Source: Lepidodermella squamata
Lineage: Eukaryota; Animalia; Gastrotricha
Reading direction: 5' to 3'
DNA length: 64,000 bases
Assembly: GCA_047495785.1 (NCBI GenBank)
Contig: JBLDXI010000011.1
Coordinates: forward strand, 1,488,001 to 1,552,000
Shown here: piece after piece, positions 1 through 12,539 of the stretch
Position numbering within the stretch: position 1 is the stretch's first letter
How the letters are laid out: every line of letters begins with the position of its first letter
Made by a program: the position numbers and the translations under genes
Notes under the pieces: model-generated
Told to the model about the DNA's origin: nothing
Database searches by the model: none
What the model saw: only the letters and a program-made list of their open reading frames with translations

Positions 1-2118
1 TCTGATTCCAGCAGACGAAGGACTCTAGACGAGAATCCCGGGAAAAAGAGTTTGCCGCCTATCGTCCGCCCGCAAACCGAGACGCGTTGCTGAGCAACAA
101 AAAATGTAAAATTACACGCATTGCATTTTGCTTTAATAATATCATAAGACTTTAACAGCCTAAATAATATAAGTAGAAACCATTTTTCAAATGCCGCGCC
201 AAATTCCACGCCGCGAGACCGTTCGAAAAGCTGCGCTCCACGCTGCTCCATACTCCACGCGGTGACAGGCCTCACTTTTCAATCCAATCCCTGTTAAATC
301 ACCCGAATTGGTGTCAGGGTCCAACATCCATCCATCCATCCACACTGTACCAACCTTGGAAGCTCGAAGCTCGTCAAGTTTCGCGCTTCGTGCTGCTAGC
401 AGTGGAATGATTTATCACGGGTTACAAATGTTCTGGAAAACCAAAGACCCTCAACTTCTGAAGTTCACAAGTACTAAGTACTATTGACATCAGAATAATT
501 ATGTTGCTTTCCTCGGTGCGCTCGGTGCTTTCCTCGGTCAGAATCTAACAAAAAATGCTACTCTGCTGTCATTCGGTCTATATTAGCGCAAGAGATAGCC
601 GAAATAGAAAATATGCTTTAGTAGATCCAAGCACCATTTGCGAGGTGTGTTTCTGGCTTAGCTTTTACATATATTCTGAATGGAGCCTTTTAGGAGCTAA
701 CCCACCTTCTTTGTGCCCTCACGTTTATTGTATTTCGATCATATTACCGGATCGGGGATCAGCACTGAGATCCGACTGAGCTAGATTTGCGTCATTACCG
801 TCATAGCTGATTTAATACTGAGCGATTTCGTTGAGTATTGTCATGTTTCCCTCTACCATATCTGCTGGGATGTTATCGAATGCTACACGTCTCTCAAGAC
901 CAGTACCATCGCTTTCTTTGGCGAATACTGTGTTCTCTTTAATATGTTTTTATTTCTATCATTTCATTCGGTAATTGCTGATGCATGACACCCGTATGGG
1001 CGATCTTCCTCTGACCCCTGAATACGATTGGACTATTGAATATGCATGATATATACATATTATTGGCTGCAATAGTTATTGATATTTCTTTATTGTTTCC
1101 GATTCTCGATAGGTATAAATGTTTTCATCTCATTTACCATCCTGATAGCTACTTGAAATGCCTGGAGAAAGCAATTTACTGCGGCCATGGATAATGAAAA
1201 TCATCATCGAGTCAAAGTCAGCCATTTCTCCAAATCCACCTGCGGATAACTATCTGGGCATCACTTTCAGACGTCATGAGGTGAGTTCGTTTTTTTAATG
1301 TCAAATTTAGTTTTTATCATTCGTGAAACCCCGCCATTTTCAGTACTTATCAGTAATCAGTATTTTATTTCGTGTTAAAAATTCGAAATATAAAAATACT
1401 TGGATTCGTTTTGTTTGGTGTAGTTTGTAGTTTCGAGTATAATATGTAGTATGTCTTGCTACAAGTTGAAGGTTAGACCGAGGTCCCAGAGTGCAATAGG
1501 CCGAATGCCTGTTGCCTTTTCATACACGTTTTATATGGGAAGTGAAAAGTCAGATGGGTTAGTTGTTAGATAGTAACAATAAATAAGCAAATGAGGATGG
1601 CATTAGCCGAGCGAAAAGAATAGAAAAACGAGCGAAAACAAACGAAATCGAGCATTTTTAGCATCGTATCAGCCCCAATATGCTCGTATAAAAGTCAAAG
1701 TAAACGAGATAACTTGCAATTCAGCCTTCTCGATTTCAGCACTGATCATAGAGGAAAATGAAATTTCCCCGAAGTCTGATGTTCACAAATATATATTTCT
1801 GAATTTCTAAAAGAGAAAAATATTGATATAATTATCATATATATTTTTCAACTGGACCCCCAGATATGCGACATAAACCCACATGAAGTATACAAATCAA
1901 TAAATCATTATGTTTTATCATCGTTGAGTTGTCGTTTCACTTACATTATACACAACATTATAACCGAGCAATTATACTGCTAAAGCGAAACTGAGTAGAG
2001 CCATCAGAGTCATCACTGAGCCAAAGTCGAGACAAAGACTTCAGCGGCTGGCATCGTCGTCCGCGGCGAGTGGAGCGGACGTTCGGTCGCCCAGCGGAGA
2101 CTGCCTCGGCGAGTTGTT

Positions 2119-2430
2119 GGCGCTCGCCGAATCCATGGCCTCGAGGACCTTCACCAATTGATATCGAATTCAACGATTAAAAAATCAGATGAGTAGCTAT
2201 TGTTAAGCTGGAATGGACTGAAATTGCATCAGCATGTAGATTTTTCCTGTGGTGTGTAAACGGGACAGGAGAGCGACCCGGAGAGTTATGGGCGCACGTC
2301 ATATCGGAAATTTTCAGCCCTTGGGCTCTCGCCGTATCCTGGGCCTCGAGGACTTTTGCCTATTGATGTCGAATTCAACAACTAAAAAAACAGATGGGTA
2401 TTTATTGTTAAGATGGAATGGACTTGCTAA
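2119..2430 (+). repeat. Diverged ~100-bp direct repeat (2119-2220 vs 2322-2425), coding-like; probably part of a decayed gene
   Basis: ggcgctcgccgaatccatggcctcgaggac...gttaagctggaatggact vs ggctctcgccgtatcctgggcctcgaggac...gttaagatggaatggact; they translate as GARRIHGLEDLHQLISNSTIKKSD / GSRRILGLEDFCLLMSNSTTKKTD. Confidence 0.6.
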
Positions 2431-3039
2431 TCTTTTAGATTTTTCCAGTTATCCACTGGAACCTTTCGAGGGCATTAAATCCTTAAAATGTGCGAATATA
2501 ATGTGTAATAATGAGGCAAAGGAAGATTGATTCATGTGGAGATGAGCTCAGTAGAACAATTCTTGAAGATTTTTCGGGAGTTGGCTGATGGAAAAATCGA
2601 GAAATGTATGTACGATACTTCTGCAAACACAGTAATACTCTATCAATTTGGGGATGTTGTGACCTCAACGGACTGCCCGAATGACTTCGATGAAAATACT
2701 CTGTTTGTCAGCAATGTATAAAATAAGATATGCCTTGGATTTTTCACAAATGTGGAATTGAGCTTGGATTTGATAGTAATATTTACTGTTAGTTCCGAGT
2801 TGAAATTTACCAAACCGCTTGATAAATATTTAAATTCTGAAGAAAATTATTAATAAAAATTTAAAATTAATAGCAATATTCTGATTGGCTGAGAGCCGAG
2901 TTACGACCGCATAGATAGAAAATGCGAAATTTAGAATACATTTTTATTCAGTTATTTTAATTTTAAGAAGGAATTTTTTCATAATTATTCTTGAATTTTT
3001 TTCTAGAAAGGCGGTGCTATACCCGAAGGATCGAACAAA

Positions 3040-4344
3040 ATGTTTTTCGGCGACGGCGATGTCACAATAGTCGCTGATTTCTCTGAAGCAAACGCCCTAC
3101 TAACCTGCTCGCTGCCAAACAGCTATGACCCGAATTCATCCCAATGCCCGCCGTCTCACGCCATCGTTCGATTGGCCTCGTTCCGGACAGAATTCTCCGA
3201 ACTACCCACCCCCTTAAAAATCGATGGTCACGAAGTGTTGTACACGGTTGAGTTCAAAGTGGAAGAATTTGCGATTTTACAACCGAATTGGAACATGCCT
3301 CGAGCGAAAATGCCGCTATGCAGCTACAGCCCGGGTATTCAGCGAAAAGCCGCCTTATTTTTGCCGGCGAAAACCAGCAATACTAGTAACAAATCGACAA
3401 TTCAGGGCTCGCAAACGGATTCTAGCATAAATTCGAGTTTAATCCGCCTCGTGGCTCGAACGATTGAGAGTGAGGAGACGCGATTTCTGACGCAAGTCCC
3501 GCCGTCTCAGCAGGAAATTGAAATTACCGAATATTTCACTCGCCGGCGGAAAATTCGAAAAATTACGAATTGCGTGGAAATCGAGTGCCAAACTGAGAAT
3601 TTCGACGAAAATTCCCAGCAGCAATTGTTGCACCTGGACAGCGAAAACAGCGTTGAACCAGTCGCGAGTTTCTTCGCTGGCCCGACAATTTTTGCCGAGG
3701 TCCCGTCCAGCGCGCCGCAATTCGAAAATTCCGACACTCAATCGCTGAAAAAAACTTCGGTTTCGTTCTCGAACTCGTTTTTAGCCGTGAATTCGAAGAC
3801 CCCTAGATCGCCTATGTTGGTTTTAACGTCGCTGTGTCGAGCGAAATCTGTGGCGAATTCGAGCCCGAGGCCTAGGAATTTGTTGCAGGACGATAGCCCG
3901 GGTCGAAGGTCGTTGGTTTCGTCCTTCAGCGCAGGTCGAAAGGGCAAAAAATTGCCGGAAAAAGAGAAACCGAAAATTACGGAAAAACCATGCGAAGTTC
4001 GGCTGGATCGATGCGATTTTATGTTGAATAGAAAAATTCTACTAAGAGCTGGGTTGATTACCCGGAGGCCCGGTCCGAAATCTCGGCGAAGCATGAAACG
4101 AAAGGGCGATGAAGATTTGGAATCTTCGAGAAAAATTCTGCGAAAAACGCCGGAAATTCCTGTTGTTGAGGAAATTGGTCGTCAGGCGATGGAAATTTCG
4201 TCTCAGGTTGTTGTGGTCGAGCAAATGGTGACTGCGTCGCAGTTGGGGCTGATCGAGCCGCCGAGTGACGAGTGGTTCCAGCGGCTTGGTTCGCTGTCCG
4301 AATCGATGTTTCACAGCTTTTGGGGCGCCTTTGGTGCTAACTGA
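3040..4344 (+). CDS. Uncharacterised 434-aa protein; probably nuclear (Ser/basic low-complexity C-terminal half)
   Basis: Long uninterrupted ORF, GC-richer than its AT-rich flanks; ttctag acceptor at 3001-3006; AATAAA after the stop; basic clusters RRRKIRK, RRPGPKSRR, KRK; no family recognised. Confidence 0.6.
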   Translation: MFFGDGDVTIVADFSEANALLTCSLPNSYDPNSSQCPPSHAIVRLASFRTEFSELPTPLKIDGHEVLYTVEFKVEEFAILQPNWNMPRAKMPLCSYSPGIQRKAALFLPAKTSNTSNKSTIQGSQTDSSINSSLIRLVARTIESEETRFLTQVPPSQQEIEITEYFTRRRKIRKITNCVEIECQTENFDENSQQQLLHLDSENSVEPVASFFAGPTIFAEVPSSAPQFENSDTQSLKKTSVSFSNSFLAVNSKTPRSPMLVLTSLCRAKSVANSSPRPRNLLQDDSPGRRSLVSSFSAGRKGKKLPEKEKPKITEKPCEVRLDRCDFMLNRKILLRAGLITRRPGPKSRRSMKRKGDEDLESSRKILRKTPEIPVVEEIGRQAMEISSQVVVVEQMVTASQLGLIEPPSDEWFQRLGSLSESMFHSFWGAFGAN

Positions 4345-6534
4345 TTTCATAATAAATTTTCCACATTTTATCAATAATTTTTGAAATTTTGATGACGCAG
4401 CACGAATGCAATAATAAATGGACATGACTCGTAAAAAATGTGTTGATTTTTTCTTTAATTTCACCGTGTTGCTAATTGATTTTCGCATTGATATTCGAAA
4501 TTCATTTTTCGAATATTTTGTGGGCGTTTCCGCATATTTTTCCGCAATTTTGCTGTAGGAATGTGCAAAAAGTGGGCGATTCGTTAAAAGCGTGACAAAT
4601 TTTTAATCATTTTACCGACGAAAATCCGAAGAATGCCCAATGCTAAGTGATTCGTAATTTTTAACTGTCTAAAATAAATGCCTCCGGATTTTTCGCAAGT
4701 GTCATGACGGTAGAATATTCACAGATTTTCGCAGATGGAAAATTGCCTGAATTTTTACAAAGACAGCCTGATTAGAGCTGATTTATGAAAAATTTTTTAT
4801 AATTATTATAAAAATTATATAAATATTTTGTTTATAGAATCGCCATTTTTCTCATTTTTTCTTAAATTTTCTTTTTATTTCAAAGTTAACACAAGTGCCA
4901 AGCTCCATCTCCGAATTTTGATGGAAATTTAATATTAATTTAATAAATATATTATTTTTCCTCCGCTAGATTCTTCGATGCCACGTGGTCTTGAGTGAAA
5001 TCGAGCGAAGAAACGTCGAGACGCGTAGGTAATTAAAAGCTTTTTTGAGGAATAATATCGGCGGCACTTGATTGCTCTTCTAATGTCACTCTTTTTTAAA
5101 GTGTTACCTTGAAGCACTTTGGTTGAAGTGTTCGGGAAGACAGGATAATTATTCATTACCTAATGATTCATATTGCTCATGACGCCTGATTTCAATTGAT
5201 AAGGGCAATTAAAAAACCCGGACAAGGGTTTTTTCACATTATATAAAACGCTCGAAGTTGAGTGGTACCACACCGCAAAACTGAAATACGGAACATTACG
5301 ATGGGCGAATGAACCAGTTGAATGGAGGACATAAATCAATTACACGTCCGGTTTTTAAACAAATTAAATAAACAATTTATTGCGTGCCTGCGTTTTTTAG
5401 CGTGACCTCATTCTCATGTCCCACTTATATTGCTGTTACCTTTAATTGATCTTTTGATATTCAGAACGTTTGTTTACCGAATTTCGCCGAGTAAATTAAT
5501 TTCTGCTGATTAAGAAAATAATTAAGCTAATTATATGGAATAAAACGTTGGAGGCTATTAAAAGTTTCGAATAAGCGATGGATACATCAGGTCTGCTGCA
5601 GCGGCTTTTTCTGTCATTTGGAAGAAAAATATGAAAAAATGAGAAAATATCTTTGAATGTACGAAACACGGCAAAACTATGGTATTTTGGCCATAATTAT
5701 TTCCTCAAAACCAAGAAATTAGGCGAGGGAATCGATTGGAATGAAAATCACCTCTATCCTCAAACACCTGAAGATGATAATGACTGTTGAGGGGAAATAA
5801 TAGCGGCGCGTAAAACCGGTTCTCAGCGACAAATTTTGCATAATAATTTACCGGAAAAATTCGGTGGAAAAATTAAAAAATTCCCCAAAGCCAATCGTTT
5901 TGTTTGATGTTATACCTCTGGTTTAATAGTCGTAGATAGAATTTTTTCACATTTTCTCCCATTATTATCGGCCACAGGTGAATTGGAAAATGTTATACTA
6001 AAGAATTTATCTCGCTCATTTAATCGAATTATCAAAAATAAAAAACCTGTATTTTTATATTTTAATCGATTATTGTCACATTTGAGTTTAAAATATCGAG
6101 CATATTTTCCCCCTTAGCTGCTGAACCTTTGGCTCAGTTAACCTTATTCTTGGATTGCCTCTTGGAAAATGCTTATTGGGCAATTTTTTCAGGCCGAAGA
6201 CTGATGTCAGAGATAATGATAATTACTTAACATCAAGGGCTTTTTTCGATAAAATCACTTGCGCGAAGAAACGTGAGCGTTGTTTTGACGCCATCATTTT
6301 CAAGAGGAATTCTGATTTTTCCACCCAGCATTTCGAGGACCGCCGCTCAGGGTGAATAAAAGGACACCCCAACGCCCTAAAATTTTTATTACCCTCAATA
6401 ATTTCCCAGAGATTTTAAATCCTTAAAATTTTAGAATTTTTTGAAAAAATGTGCAAAAATTGTTTAAATTTAAATTTACTTTTTTTTTAATTTCAGCTGA
6501 ATTTTTAACAAATTTTTGCCAACAATCTGAAGCA

Positions 6535-7490
6535 ATGAGGCTGCCGAAAATCATCGTATGGGAGCCAATAAATACGGCTAAATTTTGGCGCGCAGTCATT
6601 GGCGAATTCACTGCAATCGCCGTCATCGTTTTCATCGGCTGCGGCACGATTTGCCTGCAAAAAAACGGCCAACACGAGTCGACCCCAGCCATCCTGCAGA
6701 CCATGCAAATCGCCCTAGCATTCGGCCTCACTCAAATGATGCTAGAAAAAACGTTCGGACCCGTTTGCGGGTGCCAAATCAACCCGGCTATCAGCATTGC
6801 CTTCGCTCTAGTCGGCAAAATTTCGCTAATTCGAGCTCTGTTTCTGTGCATTGCGCAACTGTTAGGCGCGATTTTAGCCTCGGGGCTGCTTTACGGCTTT
6901 TTGACGCCGGAATTGAGGGGCAACCTTGGCTCGACCCATTTATCGAGCATGACGTCGATCGAACAGGGCTGGGGCATCGAATGTGTGTTGACCTTCATTT
7001 TCACGCTTCAAAAAGCAAACCCGGGTGTTGGAATTGCGCCGCTAATTGGCGGCGTCACGACTATTGCGCTGTGCTTTTTCGGGGTAAGAATTCTTTTTAA
7101 TTAAAAATAAAAAATTAATTATTTAATTATTTAAAAATTAATTAATTTTTTAATTTTTTTCAGATCCCGTTTACCGGGTCGAGTTTGAACCCAGCCCGGT
7201 CGTTTGGACCTGCCCTGATTTCCGGAACCTGGTCAAACCACTGGATCTACTGGGTTGGACCAATCAGCGGCGCCTGTATCGGAATTTTCGTTCACTTCTA
7301 CCTGATTTCGGAAGATTCGATGGCCGATGATTCTATGATGATTGAAAATGGCTCTGTTCTACAATCTTCGCCATCGACCACTAGTGATGTCAGCATTGAA
7401 AGCAACAGCCCGAAGAATAAAATTTCTCCGAATCTTGAATGGAAAGATCGCAACCCTGCGAATAAGGATATTCCGATTGCTGGTCCTTGA
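6535..7490 (+). CDS. Aquaporin (MIP family) paralogue A; exons 6535-7083 and 7164-7490
   Basis: EF in TM1, ALAFGL, first NPA box (GCQINPA), second box [22 protein letters not shown]; GT-AG intron 7084-7163 joins the two ORFs in frame. Confidence 0.95.
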
Positions 7491-7733
7491 AACACGATCT
7501 AAATTGATACGGAGAAAAGAAACTGTTTTCTTGTCTGAAATCTCGGTTTTAACATTAATTTTGGTGAAAATAAAATATATATTGTTTTATTATTGCGTCC
7601 ATAATCGACATCCCAAGTTGGAACATTCAGAAGTTCATAGGCGCCTCACTGGTCTAGTAATAAATATTTAATTAAAAGCAAAATAAAGCGATCAGCAATC
7701 AGCGGATAAGTTGTCGTGGTTGAAGCTCATCTT

Positions 7734-8668
7734 CTAACTGGGATTGTTGCCACCGTTGCATTTCTCTATTGTCAGTCCGTACAGAGATATAGTCGTGGGC
7801 GAGCCAGCAATAGTGCCGTAACCAATTGAATAGCAGCAGGTAGCAAATGTTGAATACGCAAATCCTGCGAGTTTTTTGGTCTGTTGAAGTGGAACATACC
7901 GGTAAAATCTTTTCCTATAAACGGCTCAAAATCATCTTACCAGAGCATTGTTTGAGACAAGGTTATCGCCTGGTGCTGCAGCTGTGTTTGGGAAGCGTAC
8001 GCAGTTGACAGCTGTAGCCGAGCCACCAGGAGAACTGGACGTTATCAAAAACGGGGTTAGGGACGTCGATCCGACGCAGATGGTTGTGTAAGTCAGAGGA
8101 GATCCTGTGATAACAGCTATGTCGTAGAAGGTATTAGCCCCAGTTTGCCCGCAGCATGAAGCGAACGAGGAAAACGTGTTGGTTCCCGTTGAAACTTGCT
8201 GGAACATAATATCAAATGAAACAGAGCCATAGTATAATCAAGTGCTTTTACCGTGCCACCGGTCAATTGGTTGCAGGCTCCTGCGTTGCCGAGGCAATAC
8301 TTTGTACCCGGCGAACTAACACCTGGACCGCCGATCGTATCGATTTGGCATAGATTGTAAACGGGCTGCATTGTAAGAATTAGGATTTTCAATTCACATC
8401 ACGCAGTCATACTTACCGTAGTCGAGCAAGATTTAGTCGAATCGGTGCAGGCCTGGGCCGAGGTGACACACACGTTTGGCGATGTGCAAGTGTTTGCTGT
8501 GGTGACGCAGCTCGAACCTTGGGAGCACGTTGGCGACGACGAAGAGCTAGATGCTGACGTAGTCGGGCATGGTGTTGTAGCTACTGCTGATAATGCGGTC
8601 GATGATGCTGGGCAAGCATTGCCCGCCGTCAGCATTGCCAGAAAAATGGCGCCACTAAGGATGAACAT
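7734..8668 (-). CDS. Secreted Cys/Thr/Ser-rich protein, family member 1; exons 8668-8417, 8365-8252, 8198-7941, 7880-7734
   Basis: Signal peptide (MFILSGAIFLAMLTAGNA|CP); three phase-0 GT-AG introns give a continuous ORF ending YGLTIEKCNGGNNPS*; exon-by-exon paralogy with 62605-63536. Confidence 0.85.
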
Positions 8669-8723
8669 GAAGTGATTTCAAGTTTCAAGAGTTGATAGTG
8701 AAAAGCAGGAGCAGCTTTTCTGC

Positions 8724-8730
8724 TTTTATA
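8724..8730 (-). promoter_or_regulatory. TATA box (TATAAAA) of Cys-rich gene 1
   Basis: cctataaaagcag ~56 nt upstream of the ATG; same context (cctataaaaggag) upstream of the paralogue at 62541. Confidence 0.7.
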
Positions 8731-9455
8731 GGCTTGTTTTGATTGACCTGTTACCGTGCTGTCTATTCGAAGGCATTACCTCGAGGCTTTGATTCATTCC
8801 TATAGAGCGCTTCGAAGTAGCAGCGAGTTGCAGCTTTCCCAATGTGAGGATTCCCCTTCCCCCGACTGGAAATCGATAGTTTGCTTCGACTCAAACCTTT
8901 TCATCCCTTTAGATCTTATCGAGTTGATACGACGAAAATATCTTAAACATTTGACATCACGTTTTTTGCACCACATATCAGTGCAATTCAAAGCAATTAG
9001 CAACTTGGAATGCCGTAGTTGCGCATGCAACCAGCGCATCCAAGGAATGCCATTGTAAAAACGTGCACGTTCATAATAATTAGAAGAATAATTATCCATG
9101 TAAAACATGATCTCTCAAATTCCTTCTTAACAATAAGTAGGTGTTTGCACTTGACCCAGCGTGACAGTTCTGATCGCGTAATAATGCCCCCCTTTTTTAT
9201 TTTTTTGGCAAGTCAAGTTTCAAGTTTTGAGTTTTCATCATGTCATGAAGCACACATCGAGTAAACTGCGCAGATTAAGGCTTCAAATAACTGCATATCA
9301 ACACGAAAAGGCCTACCGTTGATAGAATTCGATCTGGCACCGTATGACGTCGACAAGAACCCTGGAAAAACTCAAGGATTTTTGGTACAGTTGCGTGAAG
9401 CTGGCGAATTGAACCCGCTGATTCGTTGAAATCATTCCCTGCCATCATAAGAATA

Positions 9456-9627
9456 CAGTAAAACCTGTTATCTCGAACTCTGTGAAGGTCGAAAATCTGT
9501 CATGTCGAACACTTTTCGTAGAATCGTCTATAGTTCACATAAGCTACATTTTTCTCTCCAAGTCGAAACTCTGTATGTCGAATGCATTTTTCGGAATCGT
9601 AGCCCTGCGAGATAACAGGTTTCACTG
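9456..9627. mobile_element. Tc1/mariner (Tigger/pogo-like) MITE, 172 bp
   Basis: TIR cagtaaaacctgttatctcg ... cgagataacaggtttcactg with TA on both sides. Confidence 0.85.
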
Positions 9628-10924
9628 TATCACGATTAAATATTTCATGTTCCAAAATCAACTATAAAGGCGGGCTAGCTCATGAGCTAACTGCAGTTAC
9701 CACTTTGGAAGAATTTGAAATTCTTAGCGTTTCAGCTTATAGCTGTTTGATGGAACACCAGCCTTTGCTAATGTTTGATTCTTCGAAGAATCAAGTGAAA
9801 GCTCTGTACCAATCAAAGCTGCCGCCTGCCGCTCTATTGTCGCAGATCTATTGGCTCTAGCCTATTGCATGGTGGTGCCATGTTGGTGCCGATGAGAAAA
9901 ATGCATTTGCCAGTGTACGCAGAGAGATTTAGGGTCGTTGGAAACCTGAAAAGTAGGAATTATGGTCATTTCAATGCGAAAGGGGCATTTTTCATGTTCC
10001 GAAAGATGTCGGCGTATGTAGTCATATTCTTCCATTGGAACCTAAACAATTATGACGTTACTTTCTTACTCATTCTGAGTTTCGGACATTCTGAGATCTG
10101 AGGTAAGAAATCTTGCCAGATAAAAATAAATCGCAAGCGTTTCCGTTTTATTCTGAAAAGGTTAGACTTTCCGGCGACCTTGTGGATTTTCCAGGGTACG
10201 ATGACAAAACACTTGGCAGAACAGCGAATGCGACGAAATGGCAAATTTTTCATTTTGCGACAGAAAAGCAAAACTTACCATGTAAAATACCCATCTTTTC
10301 CGGTGTTATGTCGCAAATTGACAAAGTTGATGTTTTGTCGCGTTTGCTGTTTTGGGTATTTACTGTTATGACGGTCTGCCGTTTCCCGTGATTCAACTTC
10401 TTACCATTTTCCGAACTATTTCCGAACGGGTATTTGGTTAAAGTTACAGAGGGAAACATTCGGGGTTCGTTGGACCCGCTTGATGGTTGGAATTGTTTAC
10501 GCCAGCGCGTTTTGTCTGAAAGAGTGGCCCATTTTATAGTACCTATTATATGATCATTCCTTGGAAAATTAGGAATAATTCTATGGCAGGCATATTCTGA
10601 ACCTTATTTAATCTTCAAATAGGGGAAAATAGGTGAAAATCGCTTGAGCGTGACGTAGATAGTCAAGATGCGGCGGTGCGTGTCGGAAATGCGAAATAGC
10701 AAGACAGTTAGATCTAGATACGAGTGGCCCAAATGATCAGAAGCACATCTCAGCCCCCGGTTCGATTATTTTGAAGAATTCCGCACCTACGTATCAAACG
10801 CACAGAGGACAGAAAAAATCGTCTCAGACATATTAATCTCAAAACTAGACCAATATAGCCAACCTATATTTTATTAGGAATATTTTATGTAAAAATGGGA
10901 AAACTTCAATTGGTTTGTAGTAAA

Positions 10925-11899
10925 ATGCGACTACCCACCTTAATCTTATGGGAGCCTTTGAACACCTTTCGATTTTGGCGGTCGATAGCCTGCGAATTCA
11001 TTGCTACGGCAATTTACGTATTCATCGGCTGTGGAACGATTTGTCTCAGCAAAAACGGTGATCGAACTAACAACACGCTTCAAATCGCGTTAGCTTTTGG
11101 CCTCGCTCAAATTACGGTCGAAAAATGCGTGGGACCTATCAGCGGGGCTCATATCAACCCAGCTGTTAGTCTCGCCTTCGCGATATGCGGCAAAATTTCA
11201 GCGATTCGATCAGCAATTTACAGCCTTGCCCAAGTTTTGGGGTCGATTGTCGCCTCGGGTGTTCTCTACGCATTATTACCTGAGAATTTTCGGGGGAATC
11301 TGGGTTCGACTCAGTTATCGGACGATTTATTGATCGAGCAAGGCTGGGGCATCGAATGCGTTCTCACACTCATTTTCATCATTCAAAAATCAAGCTCGGG
11401 CTTTGGAAAATATTCGGCAATTCATGGAATGAACCCTGTGGCGATTGGTCTCACTACCGTCGCGCTTCACTTATTCGGGGTAAAAATTAATTTCAAAAAT
11501 TTCAATTTTCAAATTTCAAATTTTCAGATTTCATTTACTGGGTCAAGTTTGAATCCTGCTCGGTCTTTCGGTCCAGCTCTAATATCCGGAACCTGGGACA
11601 ACCACTGGATTTATTGGGTCGGGCCAATCAGTGGCGCGTGCATCGGAATTTGCGCCCACCGTGTCCTGATTTCGGACAGTTTCGCGGCTCACCACGACTT
11701 CACGCTCCTACAATCGATTTCATCTGCTTCAGGGGCGCATTCTGATGACCACAAGGTGCTGGCTAATAGGACCGGCCTTGAGCGGCATGTCGCCCTGGTT
11801 AGTGGGGAACCGACTGATATCTCACTGGCTCTGGCGCTACCGCAATATTTCGACCGCAAACAGCTATGTCGCCAGCATGTCCCACCTAGAAAATTCTAA
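10925..11899 (+). CDS. Aquaporin (MIP family) paralogue B; exons 10925-11479 and 11528-11899
   Basis: SGAHINPAVS and [14 protein letters not shown] boxes, HWIYWVGP; 48-nt intron 11480-11527 at the same codon position as in paralogue A. Confidence 0.95.
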   Translation: MRLPTLILWEPLNTFRFWRSIACEFIATAIYVFIGCGTICLSKNGDRTNNTLQIALAFGLAQITVEKCVGPISGAHINPAVSLAFAICGKISAIRSAIYSLAQVLGSIVASGVLYALLPENFRGNLGSTQLSDDLLIEQGWGIECVLTLIFIIQKSSSGFGKYSAIHGMNPVAIGLTTVALHLFGVKINFKNFNFQISNFQISFTGSSLNPARSFGPALISGTWDNHWIYWVGPISGACIGICAHRVLISDSFAAHHDFTLLQSISSASGAHSDDHKVLANRTGLERHVALVSGEPTDISLALALPQYFDRKQLCRQHVPPRKF

Positions 11900-12539
11900 A
11901 TAAAAATGGGACATCACACTTTTTTAACAAAAATCAAAATATTCTCATTAATTGAAAAAAATTGTGAAAATAAATATTTTCGTTTATTATGATTCCTTGG
12001 ACCGATATCGATTTTGCAAGAAATCGCAAAAATTTTAAAGTCAAATTTTAAGCTGGATTAATTAATTAAAATTATGAAACAATTATTTTTTCGACTCCGA
12101 AAATCGTAGATAAAAATTGAAAAAAACCCAGAAATTAGTTTACAGTTTGAATTTGATTGTTTTATTGTTTTCTCGACGTAAAATCGTCATTGTTCACGGA
12201 CATTTCAGAATGAAAGACAGTAAAAAATTCGAAGATGAACACACATACACACAGTATAACACACGAAATGCATTGATTGCAATATAAATCGATACAATCG
12301 CAAAATTTTTACAGGTAATTAATCAAAAATTATTCATCGTGTTAAAATTATAGTGCAAGAAATCGTGCGAAAAACCGAACCCCACAGGAAAATAATAATA
12401 CAAGGCAAGGCAGTCCCGATAATCACCTTAATTAAAATTAATTCAAGGCGTTAAAAAAACACAGACAACAAAATATATTATAATATTATCACTAATTAAA
12501 TTTAAAACCACTTTTTATCGACGAAAGTTTTTTCCCCGT

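Noticed and set aside
540-1290. Coding-like hydrophobic stretch ending at a gtgagt donor; possible membrane-protein pseudogene
   Set aside because: Stops in all frames I tried and no recognisable motif
2249-2721. Two adjacent short ORFs that might be one frameshifted gene
   Set aside because: No family signature; cannot be called beyond a possible decayed gene
6330-6535. Acceptor sites just upstream of many ATGs as evidence of general trans-splicing
   Set aside because: Plausible cis donors exist upstream (gtgaat ~6352; gtaagt ~46613), so ordinary 5'-UTR introns suffice
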